Source of the DNA: a virus
DNA: 64,000 nt
Reading direction: 5' to 3' (one strand)
IMG/VR virus record: IMGVR_UViG_3300017917_001271
Span: 27,902 to 91,901 of that record
In this document: piece by piece, positions 28,138 to 36,791 of the stretch
How the letters are laid out: the number at the start of each line of letters is the position of its first letter
How positions within the stretch are numbered: the stretch's first letter is position 1
Made by a program: the position numbers and the translations under genes
Notes under the pieces: generated by a model
Seen by the model: only the letters and a program-made list of their open reading frames with translations
The model's database searches: none
Told to the model about the DNA's origin: nothing

Positions 28138-29124
28138 TTATTCTCCTTGATATTTTGCTTGGAACGGTTCTGCGTATTGTTGTACATTATCCGCAACTTT
28201 TTTCATATCCCAAGCATTGCAGAATTTAAGTAGTCGAATTCCAACTTGAGATACATCTTTAGTAACGCAATCTACTTCGATGGTTTTCTTAATAAGTTCT
28301 TTGATGTCGTCGGGCTGATGATTTAGATCAATTAGTCTACGATTGCGTTCGTAATCTTCTAGTACACGATGTTCTTTTCCTTCGTGATCAACCCATCTCT
28401 GCAGCATGAGATTGTTCCACGCAAATCCTTTGCTTTTACGATCTTCGAACGCTTCAGTAAGACCCACTTTGTTTTTTGTACCTTTAACACGCACACCTGG
28501 ATACGCCGAGAAGACATTATCACTGGTATCACCACGCATACATTTTTCAAATAAGAGCCATTCTGGGTTTGGAACTTCTTTAGCTTCTTTGGTCTTTTTG
28601 TCAATAACACGTTTGCCTTTGGCATCGAAGATTCCTTCATGTGTAATATGATGTTCTTGGACACCATTATATTGACTGACGTTTGGCGCAATCAACTGAT
28701 AAAAATCGCTGTCAGTACTAATGATCACATGTTTATCTTTAGGATGATTTTGAATGAATCCTGCAATAAGGTCGTCTGCTTCTAGCTGAGGATGATGTAG
28801 GACTGTACAGTTAGTCTTCTCGATAATAAACTGTTTAAATTCGTCAAACGCTTCCCAGAACAACTTGTCCTCGTCTTGCTCGCGTTGCGTCATAGCCGCA
28901 CGACTTTCTTGTCGATTACGTTTGTAAGGCTCGTAAAAGTCCTTACGCCACGATCTACCTTCGAGGCAGAACACTACATGATTACCGCCAAAGTCGTTCC
29001 ATGCTTTTTTAATACTGTTAAAAGTAATATGAAAAGCCATGCCAAGTTTAATATCGCTAGAACCTTGTACAACGTGTCTAGCACGGAAGAATGTGTTGGC
29101 TGTATCAACCAAAATGTATGTCAT
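28138..29124 (-). CDS. rnh: T4-type RNase H / 5'-3' exonuclease (FEN-like)
   Basis: YILVD, SWRKDFYEPYKRNR, LEADDLIA, IISTDSDFYQL, GDTSDNV. The start MTYILVD at 29124 has an ATGA overlap. Confidence 0.9.
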   Translation of the reverse strand: MTYILVDTANTFFRARHVVQGSSDIKLGMAFHITFNSIKKAWNDFGGNHVVFCLEGRSWRKDFYEPYKRNRQESRAAMTQREQDEDKLFWEAFDEFKQFIIEKTNCTVLHHPQLEADDLIAGFIQNHPKDKHVIISTDSDFYQLIAPNVSQYNGVQEHHITHEGIFDAKGKRVIDKKTKEAKEVPNPEWLLFEKCMRGDTSDNVFSAYPGVRVKGTKNKVGLTEAFEDRKSKGFAWNNLMLQRWVDHEGKEHRVLEDYERNRRLIDLNHQPDDIKELIKKTIEVDCVTKDVSQVGIRLLKFCNAWDMKKVADNVQQYAEPFQAKYQGE

Positions 29125-29699
29125 TTGTAATATTCCATGTCTGCAGCAAAAACAAATCGATATTCGCTTGAATCGCAAATACCAGGCCTATGCCACAGTT
29201 TACTAGGATATATGTTCCATGTCAAATGGTTTGGTTTTAAGAAGTAAGTATCTTCAAAATTTGGAGCTGAATTTACTGAAAATTCGGTTCCTGCTAAGTC
29301 AAAATTTTCAATTTTAGGAATATGCACATACCATACACCACTTAGTGTATCTGTAGTTCCGTCGTTGTCGCTGATGTGATGATTATGCCAAAAATCGTTT
29401 CTATTTTCGGTTGTTTCGTTATTGGTCATGAACACCCAACTCATTATATTTTTAATCCGAACTTCTCGGTCTAAAAACATAAAACAACTATAAACAAAAC
29501 TTTGCCTCATCTTTAAAAACACACGTTCTTGTCTTGCAAAAAGATTTTGTTTAGTTTGAAACTTTGGGCTATTGGTAAAATAATTACCTGATGCAATAAT
29601 ACCTTCAGTGATTTTTTTAATTTGATCGTTGTCGTCTTGTTTGATCAAAGAAGACCAATCATATAATTCAATGTATTCGTTGCGTTCAACTATTTTCAT
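29121..29699 (-). CDS. 2OG-Fe(II) oxygenase-like (double-stranded beta-helix) protein
   Basis: WHNH...LSGVWYVHIP...GTEF...IYPSKLWH...RFVFAAD is the pattern seen in phage 2OG-Fe(II) oxygenases. Confidence 0.65.
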   Translation of the reverse strand: MKIVERNEYIELYDWSSLIKQDDNDQIKKITEGIIASGNYFTNSPKFQTKQNLFARQERVFLKMRQSFVYSCFMFLDREVRIKNIMSWVFMTNNETTENRNDFWHNHHISDNDGTTDTLSGVWYVHIPKIENFDLAGTEFSVNSAPNFEDTYFLKPNHLTWNIYPSKLWHRPGICDSSEYRFVFAADMEYYK

Positions 29700-30127
29700 T
29701 CTATTGCTGCTTTTCCGTCTGCAAGTTTAGTCACATTGATGAATCCTGCATTGTGTCTGCTTGGATCTTGGCCTGCTTCTGCTAACATATTTGCGGCCAA
29801 ATCTCTAAACCAACGATCGACGATTTCTTCTTCAGGATCGCCTTCGAATCCATAACCAGATTTTTTAAGTTCTGTTATGAAATGTTCGTTCCAGTCTAGC
29901 TCAAAAAAACCGTTTCGTACATTGTCCTTGTTGACTTTAGTGTCTAGTACAGCGACCCACGGTTCTCCTTTAGCAGTAGCTCTTTCTTTCGAAGTCATTT
30001 TAGCAAGAGCTTCTGCTTCTTTTGCTTTACGTGCTTCTTCTTCCGCAGCAATTTTTTCAGCTTCTAGACGAGCCTTTTCTTCTTCTATTTTTTTGATTCC
30101 GGTAATACGTTTAAAAAAGTCTTTCAT
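29696..30127 (-). CDS. Hypothetical protein
   Basis: TAATG-coupled to queE; N-terminal charged helix. Confidence 0.6.
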   Translation of the reverse strand: MKDFFKRITGIKKIEEEKARLEAEKIAAEEEARKAKEAEALAKMTSKERATAKGEPWVAVLDTKVNKDNVRNGFFELDWNEHFITELKKSGYGFEGDPEEEIVDRWFRDLAANMLAEAGQDPSRHNAGFINVTKLADGKAAIE

Positions 30128-30987
30128 TATGTACCCCACTCGTTTTTAAACAATGGAACCTGTAGCCTGTCACTGTAACGAAGACCGTTCTTCATTGCTA
30201 GTTCTGCTACACGACGATTGTTTAATGTGTAAACACTTTCAACACCACCAACAGGCATCAAGTAGCAAGGGCCTGTAAAGCCTTCTGCACGATAAATGTC
30301 TAGTGTTTCAAGTGCTTCTTCTGCATCTTCCTCAGTGGCTACTACAAATTTAAGATATGTGTAACCAACTTCTTCGTAACTGCAAATAATATCTGGTCTA
30401 ATTGCTTCGCTACGTTCTTCTCCGCTACAGCTAAGTTTTGCACTAACACTAAATGTTACTTCGTGATCTTTTACACCGCCAAGTGGAGGTTGTTGCCATG
30501 CAATTAAAAAGTCTCTGAAACCTTTTTGTAGTTCTTGAGTACCGTTTGTTTCAAACGTAATTTCTTTAAGTCCTCCCATACGAGGATCGCTAATTAAGTC
30601 TTCGTATGCTCGTTGCCATCCTAGCAATGGTTCGCCACCTGTAATAACAAGGTGTTCACTTTCCCACTTATTATAAGGCAGGATTTCCATTATGCGTTCA
30701 ATAATAGCATCGCTAGTAAGCATAGGACTAAGATCCTTAAACCTTGGATCCCAACTTGCATAGCTATCACATCCAGTACTAACCAACGGTAGTTCTTCAT
30801 ATTTCTTAAACTCTGTAATTCTTGCAGCGATTGCTTCTACTTCTTTACTCGCTTGTCCTTTAGGCATACCAAAACCGGCACATTTAAAATTACAACCAAA
30901 TGTTCGTAAGAAAACGGAAGGCACACCCATGTAACGTCCTTCGCCTTGAATGCTATAAAACAATTCTGCTATTTTAATTTTACTCAT
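30127..30987 (-). CDS. queE: 7-carboxy-7-deazaguanine synthase (radical SAM)
   Basis: ELFYSIQGEG, FLRTFGCNFKC...GCDS, VITGGEPLL, FETNGT, SVSAKL, LKFVV, YLMP. Confidence 0.9.
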   Translation of the reverse strand: MSKIKIAELFYSIQGEGRYMGVPSVFLRTFGCNFKCAGFGMPKGQASKEVEAIAARITEFKKYEELPLVSTGCDSYASWDPRFKDLSPMLTSDAIIERIMEILPYNKWESEHLVITGGEPLLGWQRAYEDLISDPRMGGLKEITFETNGTQELQKGFRDFLIAWQQPPLGGVKDHEVTFSVSAKLSCSGEERSEAIRPDIICSYEEVGYTYLKFVVATEEDAEEALETLDIYRAEGFTGPCYLMPVGGVESVYTLNNRRVAELAMKNGLRYSDRLQVPLFKNEWGT

Positions 30988-31252
30988 ATATCTTTGACCA
31001 CACTTTTAATTTTGTTGCTTTGCGCTCACTTGCTGCTTTGAGTTCGTCTTCATCTAAGACGCCTTGTTCTACAAGTAGTTGGATCATTAGCATAACATCT
31101 CCGGCTTCTTGAGTCAAGTGCTCTTTTTGAGTTCCGCCGTCTTTGTAACTGTTGTGCAAACCAAACCTACGAACTTTACTTATGGCAACGACTAGTTCGC
31201 CACATTCTTCTTGTAGAATGTCCATAATTTCTTGATGTTTAGACACAGTCAC
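30980..31252 (-). CDS. MazG-like NTP pyrophosphohydrolase
   Basis: LQEECGEL...LTQEAGDV (EExxE...ExxD all-alpha NTP-PPase motif). Confidence 0.7.
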   Translation of the reverse strand: MTVSKHQEIMDILQEECGELVVAISKVRRFGLHNSYKDGGTQKEHLTQEAGDVMLMIQLLVEQGVLDEDELKAASERKATKLKVWSKIYE

Positions 31253-31733
31253 CTTCCTCTGCTAATTTCGTGGCAGTTGAATTTTTATTATCAACTTTGG
31301 CTTTGCGCTCTTGTTCAAATTTTTCAACATCTTTGATAGCAGACTTCAAAGTCTCTGCATAGTTCAGGGCCTGTTGCTTGCTCATCAATGTAGTAGTTTC
31401 TGCTCGAATGTACCCTTTAATCCAAACAGCCCATGTTAATTTAAGTCTTGTGAAAAAGCCGTTTATGATGTCTTTAATAGTCCAGTCAAATTCTTGTAGC
31501 CATGGATTGTCGATATCATATCTTTTTGCTACAGTTTCCTTCCAGTAATCAGTTTTAACAGTAGCGTAGGTGTTTACACTAACACCAGTTTCTTCTGCTT
31601 CTACTTCTACAGTTAAGGTATGATCAGGTTGTCCACAACCGCAGACAACCTGATACCATTTGCTGTTGCCGTAGTCGTTTGATTTTAAAATACCTTCTGC
31701 TGGAACTTGGGCAGTATTATTTGTATCACTCAT
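31239..31733 (-). CDS. Hypothetical protein (CxC...H motif)
   Basis: ORF containing VCGCGQPDH. The likely start is MSDTNN. Confidence 0.55.
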   Translation of the reverse strand: MSDTNNTAQVPAEGILKSNDYGNSKWYQVVCGCGQPDHTLTVEVEAEETGVSVNTYATVKTDYWKETVAKRYDIDNPWLQEFDWTIKDIINGFFTRLKLTWAVWIKGYIRAETTTLMSKQQALNYAETLKSAIKDVEKFEQERKAKVDNKNSTATKLAEEGDCV

Positions 31734-31944
31734 AGTCTTCTTCAAACCACTCGTCTACCATTTGCTCTGCTTCTTTCTGTGTAAGAGCATGAACAAAAAT
31801 ACGAGCAAGTTCTCCTTGTGTATGTTGTATATCAAATTTGACAACGCCACTAGGAATACGATCAAAATCTCTAAGAACTACAAATTCTTGTAAGTTTCTA
31901 GCGCGGTCAATTAGTTGTTGTGTTAAGTCATGTGCAGTTGTCAT
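31726..31944 (-). CDS. Hypothetical protein
   Basis: ATGA-coupled to folE. Confidence 0.55.
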   Translation of the reverse strand: MTTAHDLTQQLIDRARNLQEFVVLRDFDRIPSGVVKFDIQHTQGELARIFVHALTQKEAEQMVDEWFEEDYE

Positions 31945-32750
31945 CTTGGGGCAAACTCCTGTTGCATTTTAATATTATCAAAGAATTCTTTCTTTGTACC
32001 GTGGTCATCTTTAAAAGCGCCTTTTAATACCGTAGTTTGTGTTAGGCTACTATGCGCCATAATGCCTCTGTTTTCACAACACCCGTGTGTTGCTTGAATA
32101 TAAACACCTAAATCTTTTGCTCCGGTTGCTTTGGCGATCTCGCGAGCAATATCATTAGCAAGTTCCTCCTGGAGAGTACCACGTCTTGCACACCACTGTG
32201 CGATGCGGGTGTACTTAGAAAGTCCAATGAGCTTCTCAGCTGCAATAAGACCAATATAGGCAACACCATTAACGGGTTGGTGATGATGGCTACACATACT
32301 GCGAAGCTCACTACGAACAACCAGCATACCTTCATAACGGTCCTGTGAGTCGTTTGGAAATGCTGTTGCGTCTGGTGCTGGTTCATATCTTCCACTCATT
32401 ATTTCGTTGAAGTACATTTTAGCCAATCGCTTCGCTGTACCATGCGAATTAGGATCTGTTTCGCGATCAATTAGAAGTGTATCTAGAACTTGTTCAAATG
32501 CCTTTGTAGCTTCTTTGATTAGTTGTTCTTTATCTTCTTCGCTGACGTAATCGCTGATATTGTCGCCAGCCCAGAAGCGTTTTTTATCTGATTTCATTCT
32601 TTCACGAATGACTTGTGCAAGATTCTTTTCTGGAGGAGCTGCTGGCGCTTTTACATATACAGGTGTTTCAACTTGTACGTATTCATCTTTTTTAAATTCT
32701 GTATTAACATCTGCGTTAAGTACAGGATCTGGTGTAAATTTTGTTGTCAA
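31941..32750 (-). CDS. folE: GTP cyclohydrolase I
   Basis: TAKRLAKMY, SMCSHH, GLSKYTRI, LQEEL, HGCCENRG. TTG start with a GGAG SD. Confidence 0.95.
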   Translation of the reverse strand: MTTKFTPDPVLNADVNTEFKKDEYVQVETPVYVKAPAAPPEKNLAQVIRERMKSDKKRFWAGDNISDYVSEEDKEQLIKEATKAFEQVLDTLLIDRETDPNSHGTAKRLAKMYFNEIMSGRYEPAPDATAFPNDSQDRYEGMLVVRSELRSMCSHHHQPVNGVAYIGLIAAEKLIGLSKYTRIAQWCARRGTLQEELANDIAREIAKATGAKDLGVYIQATHGCCENRGIMAHSSLTQTTVLKGAFKDDHGTKKEFFDNIKMQQEFAPR

Positions 32751-32792
32751 TTATATTCTCCGAGTTAAGGCGGTGGATCGCCATAATACTGT

Positions 32793-32821
32793 ATTATACA
32801 TTCTTATTTAGGTTTTTGCAA
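32793..32821 (-). promoter_or_regulatory. Composite sigma70/late promoter for folE
   Basis: TTGCAA-17-TATAAT with CCTAAATA inside the spacer. Confidence 0.7.
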
Positions 32822-33025
32822 ATTTTCTTTAAAATTTTCTGCTCGAATTTTACGACATTCTTCTTTGATGTTGTTCGGAATGTCAGGATGCCATTCTGCC
32901 ATACCGCAGTCATAGGTTCGACCCTGCTGTTTCGGAAATAAAAATATCATAACAAGCAAAGCTATAACAGACGCAATCACTACTACGGCTATTTCTATAT
33001 TTTCTCGCTTAATAAAATGCGGCAT
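32804..33025 (-). CDS. Small membrane protein
   Basis: One hydrophobic segment (IAVVVIASVIALLVMIFLF). Confidence 0.55.
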   Translation of the reverse strand: MPHFIKRENIEIAVVVIASVIALLVMIFLFPKQQGRTYDCGMAEWHPDIPNNIKEECRKIRAENFKENLQKPK

Positions 33026-33249
33026 AAATCTGCGTCCTTTTTTGTTTTAAAATGAAAGTCCATATAGTTAGGCGTCGGATGGCTAGTAAATCTATCTCCT
33101 GGCAATCCAAATACTTCTACTACATCTGCACATACTTCGTTCCACCAGTATTTGTTTTGTCCGTCCCATGGTAGACGAATTGTTGTATCTGGATTTGGAA
33201 ATAAAAATTCCTCTCCAGCTACTTTATGCTTTCGAGTTACGTTCTTCAT
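32995..33249 (-). CDS. Hypothetical protein
   Basis: 84-aa ORF within a tightly packed operon. Confidence 0.5.
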   Translation of the reverse strand: MKNVTRKHKVAGEEFLFPNPDTTIRLPWDGQNKYWWNEVCADVVEVFGLPGDRFTSHPTPNYMDFHFKTKKDADLCRILLSEKI

Positions 33250-33400
33250 TTCGTAGTACTCTTAGTTCGTCTTCTAGATAAGATTTATATTCGCTTAATA
33301 CTTCGAACTTTCTACTAGAGTCACCTGTAGATCTTAACTCGGCCAAATCCTCTTCAACCTTGGCAATTTTTTCTTTTATTGCTTCGATAGTTAGACTCAT
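33224..33400 (-). CDS. Small coiled-coil protein (58 aa; not in the ORF track)
   Basis: Translated by hand: MSLTIEAIKEKIAKVEEDLAELRSTGDSSRKFEVLSEYKSYLEDELRVLRNEERNSKA. ATGA-coupled, and it fills the gap between neighbours. Confidence 0.6.
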   Translation of the reverse strand: MSLTIEAIKEKIAKVEEDLAELRSTGDSSRKFEVLSEYKSYLEDELRVLRNEERNSKA

Positions 33401-33594
33401 TTTTTTGATCCAAATCGCAATCCTGTTACACTACCAAACAACAGTAGAAAAGCAGCCCACGTCTGCCATGTATAAGGAATATTAAGTACAGGGAACAAAG
33501 TATTGAGCGACCAAATGCCTAGCAGAGGTCCAACAATAATAACTGCTACTAGCAGGGCAATACCAAATATTAATTTTACAATCGTTTTAATCAT
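33397..33594 (-). CDS. Small membrane protein
   Basis: Two hydrophobic segments. The start MIKTIVK has a GGAGG SD and an ATGA overlap. Confidence 0.6.
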   Translation of the reverse strand: MIKTIVKLIFGIALLVAVIIVGPLLGIWSLNTLFPVLNIPYTWQTWAAFLLLFGSVTGLRFGSKK

Positions 33595-34139
33595 TTCCAA
33601 AATTCCTCCCAAGGATACACTAACCAACAATCTTCTTCGCGTTTATCAACGGTCCATACATGATAGTCTGGATCTTTGAACTTGCTTCCAAAGTTGTGCG
33701 TTAGTACAGCAAAGCGAACGTTATCCCCCCAAATTCGATTCCATTCGGGATCATTGGGAAAACATCCGCTAGGCCAATCTTCTTTAATCCAGTTAATTGT
33801 AGACCCTTGGTCATTGATATCGTCTACAATTAGGATTTTCTTTTTAAGTTTTTCAACCCACTTGTGACCACCAAACTCTTTACTACGGTCTGATGGTACA
33901 GCACCGATTGCATCTTCCGCCATCCACAGATTACTTTCACTTTCGGAATTATCACGAAGGCTAACATTCAGTGTATGCATCTTAATGCCGGTGTACTGGC
34001 TGAGCAGGTTAGCCGGAACAAGTCCACCGCGGGTTATACCAACAATATAGTCAGGCTTCCAGTCGTGTGCTGACATTTGGCGAGCAATGTCTAGTACTGC
34101 TCCTTCAACTTGACTCCAGCTATAGTATATTTTCTTCAT
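33591..34139 (-). CDS. Type I purine phosphoribosyltransferase (Gpt/Hpt-like)
   Basis: VGITRGGLVPA, PRPP-binding ILIVDDINDQGST, WLVYPWE. Confidence 0.85.
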   Translation of the reverse strand: MKKIYYSWSQVEGAVLDIARQMSAHDWKPDYIVGITRGGLVPANLLSQYTGIKMHTLNVSLRDNSESESNLWMAEDAIGAVPSDRSKEFGGHKWVEKLKKKILIVDDINDQGSTINWIKEDWPSGCFPNDPEWNRIWGDNVRFAVLTHNFGSKFKDPDYHVWTVDKREEDCWLVYPWEEFWK

Positions 34140-34375
34140 ACTGTTAAGCAGTAAGAAAGTTTTTGAATTTCATCTTTAGTCATATGAAAGTTATAGGTGC
34201 TTGACTGCCAGACTTCGCCGTCTTCGTTTAGACTTTCTTGAATAAGATTGATAGAAAAGAGTCCTTTAGGATTTACAGATTCCCACTTTTCCATGCGTAG
34301 TCGGAATCCTTCACTTTCATTAATAGTTGCTTCTTTAAATGTTTGTAAAACATCAGGATGTAGTTGTGTTCTCAT
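34136..34375 (-). CDS. Hypothetical protein
   Basis: 79-aa ORF, ATGA-coupled to the PRTase. Confidence 0.55.
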   Translation of the reverse strand: MRTQLHPDVLQTFKEATINESEGFRLRMEKWESVNPKGLFSINLIQESLNEDGEVWQSSTYNFHMTKDEIQKLSYCLTV

Positions 34376-34745
34376 TGCCTTTTAACCTTTCAAAAGTTTT
34401 ATATTTTTCCAATTCTTTCATGTACTGTTTGTACAATTCTTTAAGTTTTGGATATTTAGATTCTAGTATAACATCTCTTGTGGGAATTTGCAACACCGTT
34501 TCAATTGTAGATAGCCGTTCTTCTAAATCGAGGCCATTTATTTTAACAGATCCTTTAACTTCCAATGTTGCTTTGTCTTCTAGTACAACTTTGTTTTCTC
34601 CGTGTGGTATTGTCATTACAGGAGTGCCATTTGAATTATTAAAGTTAGTAGTAGGTTGAGTCCATGCTGTAGTGTAGGATGTACCGTTTGAACCAGATAA
34701 AATAGATCCTGCTGTAGGGTAATTTATTTTATAAGAATTGGCCAT
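34353..34745 (-). CDS. Hypothetical protein, S/T/N-rich N-terminus
   Basis: TAATG-coupled, with a C-terminal KYPKLKELY helix. Confidence 0.55.
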   Translation of the reverse strand: MANSYKINYPTAGSILSGSNGTSYTTAWTQPTTNFNNSNGTPVMTIPHGENKVVLEDKATLEVKGSVKINGLDLEERLSTIETVLQIPTRDVILESKYPKLKELYKQYMKELEKYKTFERLKGNENTTTS

Positions 34746-35089
34746 TACGGTTTGATCCTTTTTTCAGGAGGACTATCATAATCGTCTTTAACCAAATTAT
34801 AAGTAGTTTTGAACTTATCGAATGCAAGTTTTAGACCCGGATACATTTCGCACATTTTTTGCATTCTGTGCCAATCGGGAAATGTATCTACCCATTCTAC
34901 AGGTGTATGCCATGTATTGGTATATGAATCTGTAGAACCAATGGTATATGTACCAGAAGCTCCAGTGTTGCTTAAAGTAATTGTACTGGCTGTACCAGTT
35001 ATTGTTGATGTTGTTATACTTGATAAATCAATAGTGATCGTGTCACTTGATGTTATTGAGTAAATTGGTTGCACTGAAGAAGTGTTCAT
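34745..35089 (-). CDS. Hypothetical protein, S/T-rich N-terminus
   Basis: The likely start is MNTSSV, because the longer ORF lies inside the glycosyltransferase gene. C-terminal MYPGLKLAF helix. Confidence 0.5.
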   Translation of the reverse strand: MNTSSVQPIYSITSSDTITIDLSSITTSTITGTASTITLSNTGASGTYTIGSTDSYTNTWHTPVEWVDTFPDWHRMQKMCEMYPGLKLAFDKFKTTYNLVKDDYDSPPEKRIKP

Positions 35090-36119
35090 GTAAGTCTCTT
35101 GCCTGTTTGCGCACAGTAGGAATAAACTTTGTATAGTTTTCCATAAACTGTATGATCTTACTGCACAAGAATGGTCTCGATGCTTCGTAAGAGTTGTAAT
35201 CTTCTGTCCAAGTACTCGGATACTTGAATCCTTCATAATACATCTCTGTGTAGCTGAGTCTATCTGGAACCATAGGAATTGCATCCACAACCGCGCCTTC
35301 ATAACAAGAAATTCCAAGAGTTTCTTGTAAGTTAGCACTAAACACAATTTTAGCTTCGCCTAACAAATTATGATATTCATTCTTTGTTAGTTGTTGATCC
35401 TGACACACAACAAATTCGTATTGTGGTAGATGGTCTTTTAAATCTCTAAAGATTTCAACCTGCTTCTCTGGTGCGATGCGGTGTGGAAACAAAATAAGGT
35501 TGCGCTTGGGCATATTTTTATATGGAGTTAAGATATCATCCATATATTCCATAGGCCAACCACTACGAACAATTTTGCCCATCTCCTTAAAGCCTTCAAT
35601 GCTTTGAGGCATTGACAAGTGCAGGAGATTTTTACAAAACATATCGATGTGAAACTCTGTTGCAAAGTAATTATGATCGATTGCTTCGAAAAAACTCTTC
35701 TCTGCAAAACGCACCCAGGGAGCGTCGCCGATGAGACGACCTAGGAAGTCTTGTGGATCATAACTGCCGGCATGCCATAGCGCATGAATCTTGACAGGAA
35801 TGCCAAGAAGTTCGCTCATGTACTTCAGGTTAATAATGCCCGGATGCCAAGCGTCAGTAAAAATAAAGTGGTCGCCAGCATGAATGCGTCCATCGCAAAA
35901 TAGTCTACCAATCTTTTCAACTTGAGCAGACTTATAGATATTAGTCCCACCAAAGTTAAGGAAAGCGCCAGGAGTGGTAGCACGAGGGATATCTTCAGGG
36001 CCGTCAATAATTTGAACATTGTGACCTGCCTTTTTAAGTAAATGAGGTACATGAGTCTTCCATTGACCCGTGTACCTCGTATCAACGGCTTCTAAATCAA
36101 TTAGAAAAACGTTCGCCAT
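35043..36119 (-). CDS. GT-B (GT4-like) glycosyltransferase
   Basis: ILFPHRIAPEKQ and ANLQETLGISCYEG (Ex7E), then VPDRLSYTEM. The likely start is MANVFLID at 36119. Confidence 0.8.
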   Translation of the reverse strand: MANVFLIDLEAVDTRYTGQWKTHVPHLLKKAGHNVQIIDGPEDIPRATTPGAFLNFGGTNIYKSAQVEKIGRLFCDGRIHAGDHFIFTDAWHPGIINLKYMSELLGIPVKIHALWHAGSYDPQDFLGRLIGDAPWVRFAEKSFFEAIDHNYFATEFHIDMFCKNLLHLSMPQSIEGFKEMGKIVRSGWPMEYMDDILTPYKNMPKRNLILFPHRIAPEKQVEIFRDLKDHLPQYEFVVCQDQQLTKNEYHNLLGEAKIVFSANLQETLGISCYEGAVVDAIPMVPDRLSYTEMYYEGFKYPSTWTEDYNSYEASRPFLCSKIIQFMENYTKFIPTVRKQARDLHEHFFSATNLLNNIK

Positions 36120-36378
36120 TATTATATCTCGGATTCTTACCTTGGTATGGTTTGCGTTCACCATTCCACTGTTTCTTTTCGCCATTCCATGGCTTGCGTG
36201 GGCGTGTACTACGCTCATATTGTTGCCATACTCGCGATTGGCGATTGTATAAATCTGCTTCGTTGTATGGAAGCATCTCAAATCGACAGAAGTCGAGTAG
36301 TTTATCTAGGTCGTCAAAGATTTTGACGACATCCGGACGATTTTCAAAATAACTGTAATCGTTGTAGTTCTTAGCCAT
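36097..36378 (-). CDS. Hypothetical protein
   Basis: AGAGG SD; basic C-terminal repeats WNGEKKQWNGERK. Confidence 0.6.
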   Translation of the reverse strand: MAKNYNDYSYFENRPDVVKIFDDLDKLLDFCRFEMLPYNEADLYNRQSRVWQQYERSTRPRKPWNGEKKQWNGERKPYQGKNPRYNNGERFSN

Positions 36379-36395
36379 TATAGCCTCTTTTAATT

Positions 36396-36791
36396 TTAGT
36401 ACTTGATAAATGAACCATTTTCCCCGTCTTCGGAGACCTCAATCCAAACCTCACGGTCAGGATACTTTGCAACAATCTGAGCGTGTAAATCATCGCTCAT
36501 CATCTCACAACTTTTATAGTCAAGGCTTAGAACGGCACCTTGACCATTATACAGCGACTCGAGCCATCGTTTGAATTGGATGAATTCGATGTCCCTGTCA
36601 TTATGGAGCACATTGATCCACACCCTGAAATGAAAGATGTGGCGATGAGGGTAACCCAAAAACGATACGTCATATTCATCTCCTGTAGCTAACGCAGGAT
36701 CTGTCAGCGCCGCAGGATACTTATGAATACCTTCCTTGCGGAAAGTTACCCAGATCATTTTGTTAGGTCTAATATCTTGTTTAATTATCAT
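36396..36791 (-). CDS. dpdL: QueD/PTPS-like T-fold protein of DpdL type (putative CDG decarboxylase)
   Basis: FLGYPHRHIF = LxxxHRHxF, the signature I recall for DpdL, rather than QueD's CxxxHGH. Also DRDIEFIQFK, SCEM and EVSEDGENG. Neighbours are dpdA, queE and folE. Confidence 0.6.
   Translation of the reverse strand: MIIKQDIRPNKMIWVTFRKEGIHKYPAALTDPALATGDEYDVSFLGYPHRHIFHFRVWINVLHNDRDIEFIQFKRWLESLYNGQGAVLSLDYKSCEMMSDDLHAQIVAKYPDREVWIEVSEDGENGSFIKY

Noticed and set aside
32751-32800. Known riboswitch (preQ1 or THF-II) before folE
   Set aside because: The leader is only ~35 nt and I cannot match it to those consensus structures. It is kept only as a small hairpin.
36396-36791. Calling this canonical queD
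   Set aside because: It lacks the CxxxHGH motif and has LxxxHRHxF instead.
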